NCBI GenBank assembly: GCA_025594325.1
Contig: JANHCV010000008.1
Coordinates: 682,001-746,000 of the forward strand
DNA: 64,000 nt
Origin: Blastocladiella emersonii ATCC 22665
Taxonomy: Eukaryota; Fungi; Blastocladiomycota
Reading direction: 5' to 3'
The notes below the pieces were generated by a model. It saw only the letters and a list, made by a program, of their open reading frames with translations. It searched no databases and was not told where the DNA came from. Of the stretch, positions 23,447-32,594 are shown one piece after another. The position numbers and the translations under genes are program-made. Within the stretch, counting starts at the first letter, position 1; each line of letters opens with the position of its first letter.

Positions 23447-25015
23447 TGTCGTATCCCTTAAGGGATACGACATGGGCTGACCCACTGCCACTCGGGCTGA
23501 CCAATTGCTTACCCCGAGCGGTTGGCAGCAGTCACTCGGGGTAACCACGTGAGACCCCGTTGCTTACCCCGGGTGGTTAGTAATATGTCGGATTCAAATG
23601 TCGGATTCCCTTAGGGAACACGACACGCGGGCGGAGGCCGAAGGCCAAAGAAGGGCGGCGGCGGGCGGGGTCACGTGGGTCACGTGCAGATGAACGGCGC
23701 GTGGACACGGCTGCGAGTCGATCTGCGAGTCGATCTGCGAGACAAGTCCGAGAGCAGATCCCTGAGCCCGTCCCTGACCAACCGCTCGGGCTGACCATTG
23801 CTTACCCCGAGCGGTCGGCGGCGGCCAGCGAGCGCAGCGAGACGAAGAGCAGCGCAGCTGCGGCTACCCACTGACAGAGTTCCCTGGTCTGGTCCCTGAG
23901 CACAGCTGCAAGTCGATCTGTTTGGTCGCGGCAATAGGCCCTTGAAGGCTCTTGGAATAATTCCACGAGAGGTCGGCGGTCAGTCCAAGAACGCAAGCAG
24001 CGACCCAGGTCGGCGACCACGGAGTCACTCCACAAGCCGGCCCACGACTTGGTCGGTGACTTGGTCGCGGCAATAGGCCCTTGAAGGCTCTCGGAATAAT
24101 TCCACGAGAGGTCGGCGGTCAGTCCAAGAACGCGAGCAGCGACCCAGGTCGGCGACCAGCCCCTGAAGGCTCTCGATGGCCGCCCCGAACTGGACCGGGT
24201 TGGAGCTCACTGGACCGGGTTCAAAGACAACCCGGTCCATGAAATTCGCTCGGGGTAAGCCATGGACCGGGTTGACCGGGTTGACCGGGTTGTTTTAAAG
24301 TAACAGTGTAGTGAAAAGGGGGGGAGGGACCGCTCCAGTGCCACTCTTCCCCCCCTTTCAAATCCCTAAAGGTCAATTGACCCCCTCAACCCGGTCCACC
24401 CGGTCCATGGCTTACCCCGAGCGAATTTCAATTGACTTGGTCCATTGAACCCGGTCCATGGCTTATGGCAAACGGTTCAAAGGGCGGGCAACCCGGTCCA
24501 TGGCTTACGGCGAACGGTTCAAAGGGCGGGCGACCCGGTCCATGGCTTACGGCGAGCTGTTCAAAGTGGGCAGGGGCCCTGGTCGGGTCCACGATGGTTC
24601 TCGGCTCGCTCCACGGCCGCTGCTGCAACTGGTCGGCGACCCAAGGTCGGCAAACTGGCTGTTGAAGGCTCTCAATGGCCGCCCCGAACTGGACCGGGTT
24701 GGAGCTCACTGGACCGGGTTCAAAGACAACCCGGTCCATGAAATTCGCTCGGGGTAAGCCATGGACCGGGTTGACCGGGTTGACCGGGTTGTTTTAAAGT
24801 AACAGTGTAGTGAAAAGGGGGGAGGGACCGCTCCAGTGCCACTCTTCCCCCCCTTTCAAATCCCTAAAGGTCAATCGACCCCTCAACCCGGTCCACCCGG
24901 TCCATGGCTTACCCCGAACGAATTTCAATCAACTTGGTCCATTGAACCCGGTCCATGGCTTACGGCGAACGGTTCAAAGGGCGGGCAACCCGGTCCAGGC
25001 TGCTGTGACCCGGTC
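23447..25015. repeat. Left TIR, including an internal tandem duplication of about 499 bp, 42-bp repeats and 33-bp-stem hairpins
   Basis: Mirror of 38094-39219 (coordinates sum to 62666 over at least 23447-24300); 24240 and 24739 start duplicated blocks. Confidence 0.92.
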
Positions 25016-25075
25016 GCTGCGAGTACAGTAAACAAAAAGTACAAAGTTGTATTCACAAAGGAGTCTCTGGACTCG

Positions 25076-27418
25076 TTACATCTCGTCGTCGGACAGCTCA
25101 ACTGTGTACGGCCCGCGGTACTTGTAGATGCGAAGCTTGCGGCGATTCACGGTGCGACGCGTCACCTCGAAGAGCTCCTGCTTGTTGGCCGGGTTGACTT
25201 CGCGCTTGATGTACTCGCCGAACTTGGTCTGCGACATGGACGAGCGGCCAGGGAAGCGCTTCTCGGCGTACTTGCAGTAAAACTCGTAGAACGCGTCTGC
25301 CTCGAGCTCCTGCACGACTTCGACCTGGCGCGTGTGGTCCAGGAGGTTGAGCGGGAAGCCGCCGTACTCCATGATGTCCATGGCCAGCGCGGGAACCGGC
25401 TCCAGTGCCGCCATGATGGCGTCGTTGCGGGCCTGGTTGCGCGGGAACTTGGACAGCGTCAGGTGCAGGAGGTCGAGGCGGAGGATGTAGGTAAAGATCT
25501 CGTCGGCGTGCTCCTTGACAAACGCGTCAAGCTCGCCAAAGTAGTTCTCGTCCTGGCACTTGATGTTGGACATCTTGAGGACGAACTCGCAGCGACCAGT
25601 CTTGGTGAGTGGCAGCACGTCGCAGTTGTTGGTCGCGATCATAAAGTTGTTGACGTTCTCGACCTCCTTGCGTTTCATGTACTTTTTGTTGACGATGAGC
25701 TTGTCCTCGGTGACCATGCTCTTGAGCTTGTCAAACGCGTTCTTGAGCTCGGCTGGCTTGCTGGAGGGCATCTCGTCGAACAGCACGAGCATCTTGTGGG
25801 CGATCTCCGAGTTGAACTCGCCCTTGAGCCACGTCGGCCCGTTGCTGATGGACACCGTGTTCTTGCGGCCGATAATGTACTGGGCCAGAAGGTGGTAGAA
25901 CTTGCCCTTGCCCACGCCCTCGAGACCCGTCAGCAGCAGCATCACGCCATTGGCCTTGCCCGTGGTGAGCAAACACTGGATCCACTTGAGGACATACGCG
26001 TACTCTTCCTCGTTGCCGCTGCAGACCACGTCGCGAATGTACTCGAGGTACATGGCAATCAACTTGGGCTCAATGTTGCGGCCAAGGTCCGTGGCTGCAA
26101 ACCCATAGAACGCGTTAAAGTAGTTGACCACGAGGCCGTTCTGGTGCGACGGCCCCCACCGCGGCTTGTGCATGTCAAAGATGAGCGCCTTGACCTGTGG
26201 AGCGTACTTGATGGCCCCCGTGCTGCACGCCTTCTTCACGTTGTCCTCGCCGTTGGTGTCCCAGGCGTTGGTCACGGTGCGGCGAAAGTACATCTCGCCG
26301 ACCAGGTCCTTGCAGACAAACTCGCCCACGTACTTGATCACGGCCTCCTTCCACAACTGCTTGTCCTCGTCCACCTTGCGGCTGAGGTAGTGGGTGATGA
26401 CCTTGCCAATCCAGTCGTCGTTGTAGTGCGGGTCACGCTCGAGCTGCACGGCAACAAACGCGGCCGGGTCCTCGCAAAAGTTGGGGAGCTTGCCCTTGTC
26501 CTTGGACTCAGGCACCGTGATCTCCTTCTCGTCCCACTCCACCTCGAAGCCCGTGTACTTGAGCGTGTCGGCGGACATCTTGGCGAGCAGCTCGGCGTTG
26601 ATGCGGTCGTCCTTCTTGACCATGAACCCGTCAAACACAAGCACGCTTGGCACAAGGTTGTTGGCGCGGGCAAAGTCAATGGCGCGCATCAGGAGGATTG
26701 ACTCGACGGCCTGGAACAGGTTGGAGAGCACCGAGCCCTTGTTCATGGTCTTGTCCGCGCGAGGCTTGGACGCCTTGACGACGTGCAGAAAGTCCTTCTC
26801 GATCAGCTTGTACAGCGAACCGTACAGCATGTGGTGGAAGGCCGCGAGCTTGGGGTGCACCGCGTCGCAGTCGACAAACTCGTTGAACAGCATCAAGAGG
26901 AACTCCTGCTTATCCCCGAGCCCCCACTTGGCCAGCGCGGCTGTGCGGTTGGCGAGGTACTGGTCAAAGACGCCGTGGCCAAGGTTGTAGTGCTGGCAGA
27001 CGCCGCGGAGGATCGACGGCGCCGCGCCCTTCATGTCAAGGTCCTGGAGCACGCCCTTGGCCAGCGGGCTGCGGATGAGGTCCTTGCTGAAGCTCTGGAG
27101 CGACGGCGACGTGGCGTAGAGTCGGCCGAACTTCTTCTCGACCGAGGTTGACCGCGTGGTGAACAAGTACACGGTCTCCTTGCCGTCGCCGTAGCTCGCC
27201 TTGGCCAGCGCCGCGTAGGCCTTGAGCTTCTTCTTGACCTCGGCGTCGATGCCCGAGTACCGCGCGCAGAGCCCGTTGAGCACGTCCTTGTTGTAGTACT
27301 CGCGCAGCACGACCTGGCGCGAGTCCGTGAACATGGACTTGGTGTAGTCAAGGGTCTTGGCGATCTTGGTCAGCTGGGGCATGGCCGAGTAGTTACTGTT
27401 AAGCACAGAATAAAGCAT
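25076..27418 (-). CDS. TVpol (PolA-family primase-polymerase) fused to an SF3/D5-like helicase, 780 aa
   Basis: FGRLYA..SLQ, DLDMKGAAPSIL and LVFDGFM (PolA-like motifs); GLEGVGKG (Walker A), LVLFDE (Walker B), FMIATNN (motif C). Confidence 0.82.
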   Translation of the reverse strand: MLYSVLNSNYSAMPQLTKIAKTLDYTKSMFTDSRQVVLREYYNKDVLNGLCARYSGIDAEVKKKLKAYAALAKASYGDGKETVYLFTTRSTSVEKKFGRLYATSPSLQSFSKDLIRSPLAKGVLQDLDMKGAAPSILRGVCQHYNLGHGVFDQYLANRTAALAKWGLGDKQEFLLMLFNEFVDCDAVHPKLAAFHHMLYGSLYKLIEKDFLHVVKASKPRADKTMNKGSVLSNLFQAVESILLMRAIDFARANNLVPSVLVFDGFMVKKDDRINAELLAKMSADTLKYTGFEVEWDEKEITVPESKDKGKLPNFCEDPAAFVAVQLERDPHYNDDWIGKVITHYLSRKVDEDKQLWKEAVIKYVGEFVCKDLVGEMYFRRTVTNAWDTNGEDNVKKACSTGAIKYAPQVKALIFDMHKPRWGPSHQNGLVVNYFNAFYGFAATDLGRNIEPKLIAMYLEYIRDVVCSGNEEEYAYVLKWIQCLLTTGKANGVMLLLTGLEGVGKGKFYHLLAQYIIGRKNTVSISNGPTWLKGEFNSEIAHKMLVLFDEMPSSKPAELKNAFDKLKSMVTEDKLIVNKKYMKRKEVENVNNFMIATNNCDVLPLTKTGRCEFVLKMSNIKCQDENYFGELDAFVKEHADEIFTYILRLDLLHLTLSKFPRNQARNDAIMAALEPVPALAMDIMEYGGFPLNLLDHTRQVEVVQELEADAFYEFYCKYAEKRFPGRSSMSQTKFGEYIKREVNPANKQELFEVTRRTVNRRKLRIYKYRGPYTVELSDDEM

Positions 27419-27546
27419 TTTACTTTGATGCGGAAAAACGCAGTCTGGGAGCGGGGGCGGGGCCGTGCTTTTGAAGCGCCGCGATTATCGCTATTGCTGC
27501 TGGCCGTGTCTGGGTACGTGTGCAGTTAGTCACTGCAAAAAGGTAT

Positions 27547-27954
27547 GGGGGTCAGGTGGGGGTCAGGCGGGGGTCAGGTGGGGGTCAGGCAGGGGTCAGG
27601 CGGGGGTCAGGTGGGCGGTCAGGTGGGCGGTCAGGTCAAGGGTGCCAGGTCGGGGGGTCAGGTCAAGGGCGCCAGGTCGGGGGGTCAGGTCAAGGGCGCC
27701 AGGTTGGAGGTCAGGGTCGGAGGTCAGGGTCAGAGGTCAGGGTCAGAGGTCAGGGTCGGAGGTCAGGGTTGGAGGTCAGGGTCGGAGGTCAGGGTCGGAG
27801 GTCAGGGTTGGAGGTCAGGGTCGGAGGTCAGGGTCGGAGGTCAGGGTCGGAGGTCAGGGTCAGAGGTCAGGGTCAGAGGGGGGGGGGGTGCCTTGTTGGC
27901 ATGGCCTATGACTTGCCACCACCCTGACCCTGACCCTGACCCTGACCCTGACCC
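27547..27954. repeat. Telomere-like GGGTCA/GGTCAG array, G11 run and inverted (TGACCC)5
   Basis: Directly visible; lies in the divergent intergenic region between the polymerase-helicase and recombinase genes. Confidence 0.92.
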
Positions 27955-28036
27955 AGGCCCAGCTACCCAGAAAAAAGAACTTTGCATTCAAACGCACTTG
28001 AGCCCATGGAGCCTTTTTGTTGACAGTCAGTAAACC

Positions 28037-29164
28037 ATGTTGCTCGAGTCTCTTGCCTCTCAGGTCGCTGTTGCCCTCGCTCAGCATGTTGCCGCAGACG
28101 TGGTGCAGCAAGTCATGGACAAGCTCCAGCCCGTGTTTGGGTCAATCGACAAGCGCTTCAAGGACTTGGACGCGCGACTCAAGGCCATCAAGTCACACGA
28201 CCCAGATCATGGCGCTGATCAGCAAGTCACTCCCATGGAAGTCGACACCCCCAAGGTCAAGTTTGCCGAGCTGACCGAGGATGCCATCAAGGCATGTGTC
28301 AACGCGCCTGTGGTGGACAAGAACAGGGAGCAGGCCGAGCTGGACGCCGACGACAAGGCCAAGACGGCTCGTGTACTCCTTGCCTTTGCCGCGTCAGGTC
28401 TGGACATCCAGGATGTCGAGGCTGTGTCCAAGGCCGTGGCCACCTACCGTGCGACCAAGGGGTCCAAGAACGTCCAGGGTCTGCAGGTCGAGACGCTCAA
28501 GGCCCTGGCCAAGTACTGCACCTGGAACGGGTGGACCGAACTCGGGGCCAAGTACACAGAGGCCAAGAAGCAGGACGCTGCCAACTTCCGCAACGCGCGC
28601 AAGGAACTCGAGTCTGGTGCGCTCCCAAGCCGTGACGCCATTTGCGCCGCTATTGTTGATGCAAAGGGCTCGGGCACGGGGCTCCTGCGTCTGTACCTCC
28701 AAGTTGTGAGTGCGGTGCGCTCTGACCCTGCGTTCCTGACCACGAAGCCAACCACTGGGTACCCGTACTACGACCCAGAGACCCAGATTCTGGCCGGCGA
28801 TGTCATTGTCAAGACAGAGGGCTGTGGCTACAACTTCTCGCACACAGTTAGTGAGCCCAAGGTCGCCGCCGCTCTCAAGCGTATCCTCGCCCAGCGTCTC
28901 GCCAAAGGTCATGACTTTGTCTTCAACAACCACACCCTCAAGGAGCTCAAGGACACCACGCTCCGCAAGAGGGTTAGCAGCACCTGGTGTACGTCAATTA
29001 GTCGGGCTGCAAAGATGGTCGGCTTTGAGGATGGCGGCGTGGCAGTGATCCGCCGTATCTCCACCAGTGAGAACTTTGCTGCGCAGCAAGCTATTGCCAA
29101 ACGCGCGCACGAGATGGGTCACAGCGTCCCCATTGCGCTGACCTACTACATGACGCCTCAGTAA
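28037..29164 (+). CDS. Tyrosine-recombinase-like protein, 375 aa
   Basis: VRSD (Arg), VKT (Lys), VIRR (degenerate HxxR) and AHEMGHSVPIALTYY (His...Tyr nucleophile). Confidence 0.62.
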   Translation: MLLESLASQVAVALAQHVAADVVQQVMDKLQPVFGSIDKRFKDLDARLKAIKSHDPDHGADQQVTPMEVDTPKVKFAELTEDAIKACVNAPVVDKNREQAELDADDKAKTARVLLAFAASGLDIQDVEAVSKAVATYRATKGSKNVQGLQVETLKALAKYCTWNGWTELGAKYTEAKKQDAANFRNARKELESGALPSRDAICAAIVDAKGSGTGLLRLYLQVVSAVRSDPAFLTTKPTTGYPYYDPETQILAGDVIVKTEGCGYNFSHTVSEPKVAAALKRILAQRLAKGHDFVFNNHTLKELKDTTLRKRVSSTWCTSISRAAKMVGFEDGGVAVIRRISTSENFAAQQAIAKRAHEMGHSVPIALTYYMTPQ

Positions 29165-29192
29165 TCCTTTTGTCTCCGCCTTTGTTAATACA

Positions 29193-30305
29193 ATGTATGC
29201 CCACGAAGAGCCGCTCACAGACGCACAGCAAGCATTCCTGACAGACTTGTACTACAAGCGTGGCCACGTAGGTGTTGGCATCTGTCAGCTCTTTGACATT
29301 GTGTCCAGAGAGAACACAGGGAAGCACATCTACCGCGCCCAGCTTGAGAGATGGCTCGGCGAACAGTCCGTGTGGCAGCAGTACAAGCGCGCACCTCAGA
29401 AGCGCCGAGACATTTGAAGCATCAACTCAACAAGCCCCAGTCGCAACTTCCAGCTTGACCTCATTGACATGGGCGAAAACGGTATGTACAAGGGCTTCAG
29501 GTACATTTTGACCTGCGTTGACCTCGCGAGCAGGCGTGTGTTCCTCCAACCCATCAAGACCAAGGACAAGACGCGGGAAGCATGGTCCAGCGTGGTCGCC
29601 AAGCACAGCCTTGCACCTGCCACGATCCAGACGGACAATGGGACCGAGTTCTTTGGCATAGAGGCCGGGACCGAGGCCAAGCACATCAAGGGCAAGGCAG
29701 GAGTGCCATACGGTCAAGGTGTTGTTGAGCGTATGAACGGGACCATCCACCGGATGCTCACACCGTGGCTGTCCATCCCGGGCAACAACGACTGGCCCAA
29801 GCACCTCAAGACCATTGAATCTGTGATCAACAGCAGCAAGTCGAGGGCCACGAGCAAGGCACCCAACGCGTTCCATGACATGCCCCGCAAAACGGCCAAG
29901 CAAGAGCTCAAGGAGATCCGAGCTGCCAAGGGCAAGCCCGAGGGCGACCCTCTGAGCGCGTTGCTGGAGGTAGGGACCCAGGTCCGAGTCCGCGAGCCGT
30001 ACAAGACTGCCATGGAGGCCAAGGGGAAGCCAGTCTGGTCGCCAACCGTGAGCCAGGTCCAGGTCATGCGCAAGGGGTCGGGTGTGAGCAATCCGAGCTA
30101 CAAGGTCCAAGGCCTCAAGGGCTTCTACCCTCGAAGCGACGTCCAGCCAGTCACAGCGACCCAGGACCCGCCAACAAGGCAGCGTGTAGGTCCAGGTCTT
30201 CCAAGGCTCCCTGTTGCGCGCACCCCAGTCACGCCAAGGGAGCCCTCGACCCGGGTCAGGCGCGTCCCAGTCCAAGTCCAAGAAAAGTGGGACCGCGGGC
30301 TTTAG
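29193..30305 (+). pseudogene. Retroviral-type (rve) integrase with one in-frame TGA at 29415-29417
   Basis: ORFs 29193 and 29469 share a frame; Polinton-like N-terminus (LYY..G...WL..Q); intact DDE motifs QLDLIDM, QTDNGTEF and VERMNGTI. Confidence 0.85.
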
Positions 30306-32245
30306 AGCAGGGTCCAGTGGCTTTGAATGATGACCTGGCAGTCGTTGGCAACTGCGACCGACGGGATCCAGATGAAAGAGTAGTTCTTGGCCGCGTCAAG
30401 GTACTCAATGCTCAAGAACTGAAGGAACTGGACATTGCCTTCAGCGCGGCACCCGGTGACAAGCAACACTGCAATCATGTCCGTCATATTGTACAGCGCA
30501 AAGTTCACAGTGTGGGCTCCAGGGAGCGCGCCGTTTGCGTAGTAGCCCTTTGCATGGACGAGGTAGTAGCCACTGACAGGGGGCTTGACGCATCCATTGA
30601 TCACAGACGTGAACGCGCCCGCCGTGGACTGGAACGCAAAGGTGGCCAGGCCCGTCAATGCTGTGCCGCCAATGATCTTGCCGCCCGTGGTCACTCCGTT
30701 TGTAGAGCGGTGCTCGGCCTGAGCGACGTACCGGGTCGTGCCGGACTGCAAGTCAACGTACGCCTTGTTTGCTGCGTCAGTGCCTGCCACTGGAGCGAGG
30801 TCAAGGGTGAGCTGCCCTGTGAAGCGACCAGTGCCATTGACGCGGAGCCTTTCTGTGCCAAGCGTCGCCGAGCCCACGACCACATTGCCGCCACCTGCCA
30901 CAAGGGAGACCCCGCCCGTGGTCGCAGACGCAATCTCAATGTTACCCGCCGCTGTGCATGCCAGGTTGCTTCGCAGTACGCCTGCCTGCTTAAAGTCGAC
31001 GTACGTCAATGTATTGGCAGCCGAGTCAAAGACAAGGTTTGCGCTTGTGGCATTCCGGACCAGGACGTTGGGTACAGTCAGTTGCTTGCCAACTCCAAGA
31101 CCACCAGCAATGGTGACTGCTCCAGTGCTTGATGTCAAACTGTCCGTTGTATTCGCAAAGGCAAAGGCAGCGCCAAGCCCAAGGGTGGACTGGGGGAGCG
31201 TGCCAGCGACCGAGGCTGCGCTCACCGCCGTGACCTTGGCCGAGACGTCGGGGAGTCGTGCCAGGTCAATGGTCCCTGCAAGCTTGGCCGAGTCAATGCC
31301 AGATGCCAGCTTGGCGTTGGTCAGGGTCCCATCGGCAATGCGGGCAGGGTCAAGGATCCCAGTGAGCTTGACTGCCGACACGTCTGCGACCTTGGCGTCC
31401 GTGACTGCGCCTGCTGCCAGGTGGGCTGTTCCAATGGACCCAACGTTGAGCTTGCCCCCATCAATGCCAGTTGCCAGCTTGGCGTTGGTCACGGCCGCGT
31501 CTGCCAGGACCAGGGAGCCGACCATGCCCGCTGCCAGCTTGGACCCGTCGATGCCAGCTGCCACCTTGGCGTTGGATACGGCACCGTCTGCCAGGGCTCC
31601 CATCCCAATAGTCCCTGCAACGAGCTTGGACCCAGACACGGACGCGACCTTGGCATCTGTGACTGCCAGGTCGATGAGAGCCGCTGTGCCAACCGTGCCT
31701 GCCACAAGCTTGGACCCGGACATGGACGCGACCTTGGCATCAGTCACTGAGCCGTCTGCCAGGACCGAGGTCCCGACCGTGCCTGCCACAAGCTTGGACC
31801 CGGACACAGACGCAACCTTGGCATCAGTCACTGAGCCGTCTGCCAGGACCGAGGTCCCAACGGCTGGGAGGTTGGACGCACTGAGCACGCCCACAAGCTT
31901 GGACGCAGACACAGTGTCCAGCTGAGCATTGACGAGCTTGCCTGTGACCTGCCCTGCTGTAATCGTGGCGACCTTGTCAGCCGTGACGCTGGCCGGGAGC
32001 AGCTGTGCCGTGCCAACTGACTTGACATAGAGCCCTGCTGCGCCCACGCCAAGGGTCTGGTTGTCGACCTTGGCCGAGACAGTGGTCCCTGAGACTGCCA
32101 CGCCAGGGCCAGCAACAGGTGCGCCAACCGTGGCATACACGGCACTGATGGCCGCATCAACGTAGGCCTTGGACACGTCCGGGACCCCCGTGGTAGACAC
32201 GGTCGGAGACGCAGTACTTGAGACGTTAAAGATATTCTTGACCAT
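30302..32245 (-). CDS. Fibre/spike-like virion protein with 28-aa shaft repeats and a C1q-like C-terminal head
   Basis: About 7 copies of VGTSVLADGSVTDAKVASVSGSKLVAGT; TSSTGAVTIAGGLGVGK fibre motif; PPVSGYYLV; start TAAACATG at 32245. Confidence 0.65.
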   Translation of the reverse strand: MVKNIFNVSSTASPTVSTTGVPDVSKAYVDAAISAVYATVGAPVAGPGVAVSGTTVSAKVDNQTLGVGAAGLYVKSVGTAQLLPASVTADKVATITAGQVTGKLVNAQLDTVSASKLVGVLSASNLPAVGTSVLADGSVTDAKVASVSGSKLVAGTVGTSVLADGSVTDAKVASMSGSKLVAGTVGTAALIDLAVTDAKVASVSGSKLVAGTIGMGALADGAVSNAKVAAGIDGSKLAAGMVGSLVLADAAVTNAKLATGIDGGKLNVGSIGTAHLAAGAVTDAKVADVSAVKLTGILDPARIADGTLTNAKLASGIDSAKLAGTIDLARLPDVSAKVTAVSAASVAGTLPQSTLGLGAAFAFANTTDSLTSSTGAVTIAGGLGVGKQLTVPNVLVRNATSANLVFDSAANTLTYVDFKQAGVLRSNLACTAAGNIEIASATTGGVSLVAGGGNVVVGSATLGTERLRVNGTGRFTGQLTLDLAPVAGTDAANKAYVDLQSGTTRYVAQAEHRSTNGVTTGGKIIGGTALTGLATFAFQSTAGAFTSVINGCVKPPVSGYYLVHAKGYYANGALPGAHTVNFALYNMTDMIAVLLVTGCRAEGNVQFLQFLSIEYLDAAKNYSFIWIPSVAVANDCQVIIQSHWTLL

Positions 32246-32265
32246 GTTTAACCTTAAGCAACAGA

Positions 32266-32517
32266 ATGATTTCCAGCGACCATGACCTGAGCCTGGACGA
32301 GTGGCGGGAGCACCTCGCCGGGACCATGCCCGTGCCAAGCAGCTGGTACAGCAAGAGCAACGAGGACAAGGCCAAGTGGCTACGGAAGCGCGACCGCAAG
32401 GCCAACCGGTACACGCACGTTGACGACGAGGCAGCGCGGGCAGAGCGGGTCAAGATCCGGATCTACAAGGCACTCAACGCCAAGCGCCGGGACCAGGGGG
32501 CAAATAGCACCGTCTGA
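32266..32517 (+). CDS. Small basic PLV hypothetical protein, 83 aa
   Basis: ATG ORF with the element's codon usage, divergent from the fibre gene. Confidence 0.5.
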   Translation: MISSDHDLSLDEWREHLAGTMPVPSSWYSKSNEDKAKWLRKRDRKANRYTHVDDEAARAERVKIRIYKALNAKRRDQGANSTV

Positions 32518-32594
32518 GGGACAAAAGGCACCTGCCACGGGGAAAAAGGTACCGACATGGGGACGTTTTATTTTTGGTCCATACAGTAACCATC

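Noticed and set aside
24449-24590. CRISPR-like array in the TIR (42-bp period)
   Set aside because: Units are contiguous tandem repeats without unique spacers; no cas genes; eukaryotic context
23577-25031. Short ORFs inside the TIRs (mirrored at 38053-39089)
   Set aside because: They come from repeats and hairpins, have no coding signature, and are duplicated only because the TIR is
24836-26701. 621-aa plus-strand ORF (also 32619-34226, 2596-3453, 44029-45201, 43385-45472)
   Set aside because: Antisense or alternate-frame shadows of GC3-rich real genes; no motifs of their own
27547-27954. True chromosome telomere or telomere-fusion scar
   Set aside because: Internal to a TIR/TSD-bounded element, with degenerate mixed units rather than a pure terminal array
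27465-28033. Gly/Arg-rich ORFs
   Set aside because: Translations of the GGGTCA repeat array
22328-29417. Stop-codon reassignment explaining the in-frame stops
   Set aside because: TAA, TAG and TGA all occur as internal stops and all serve as normal terminators nearby
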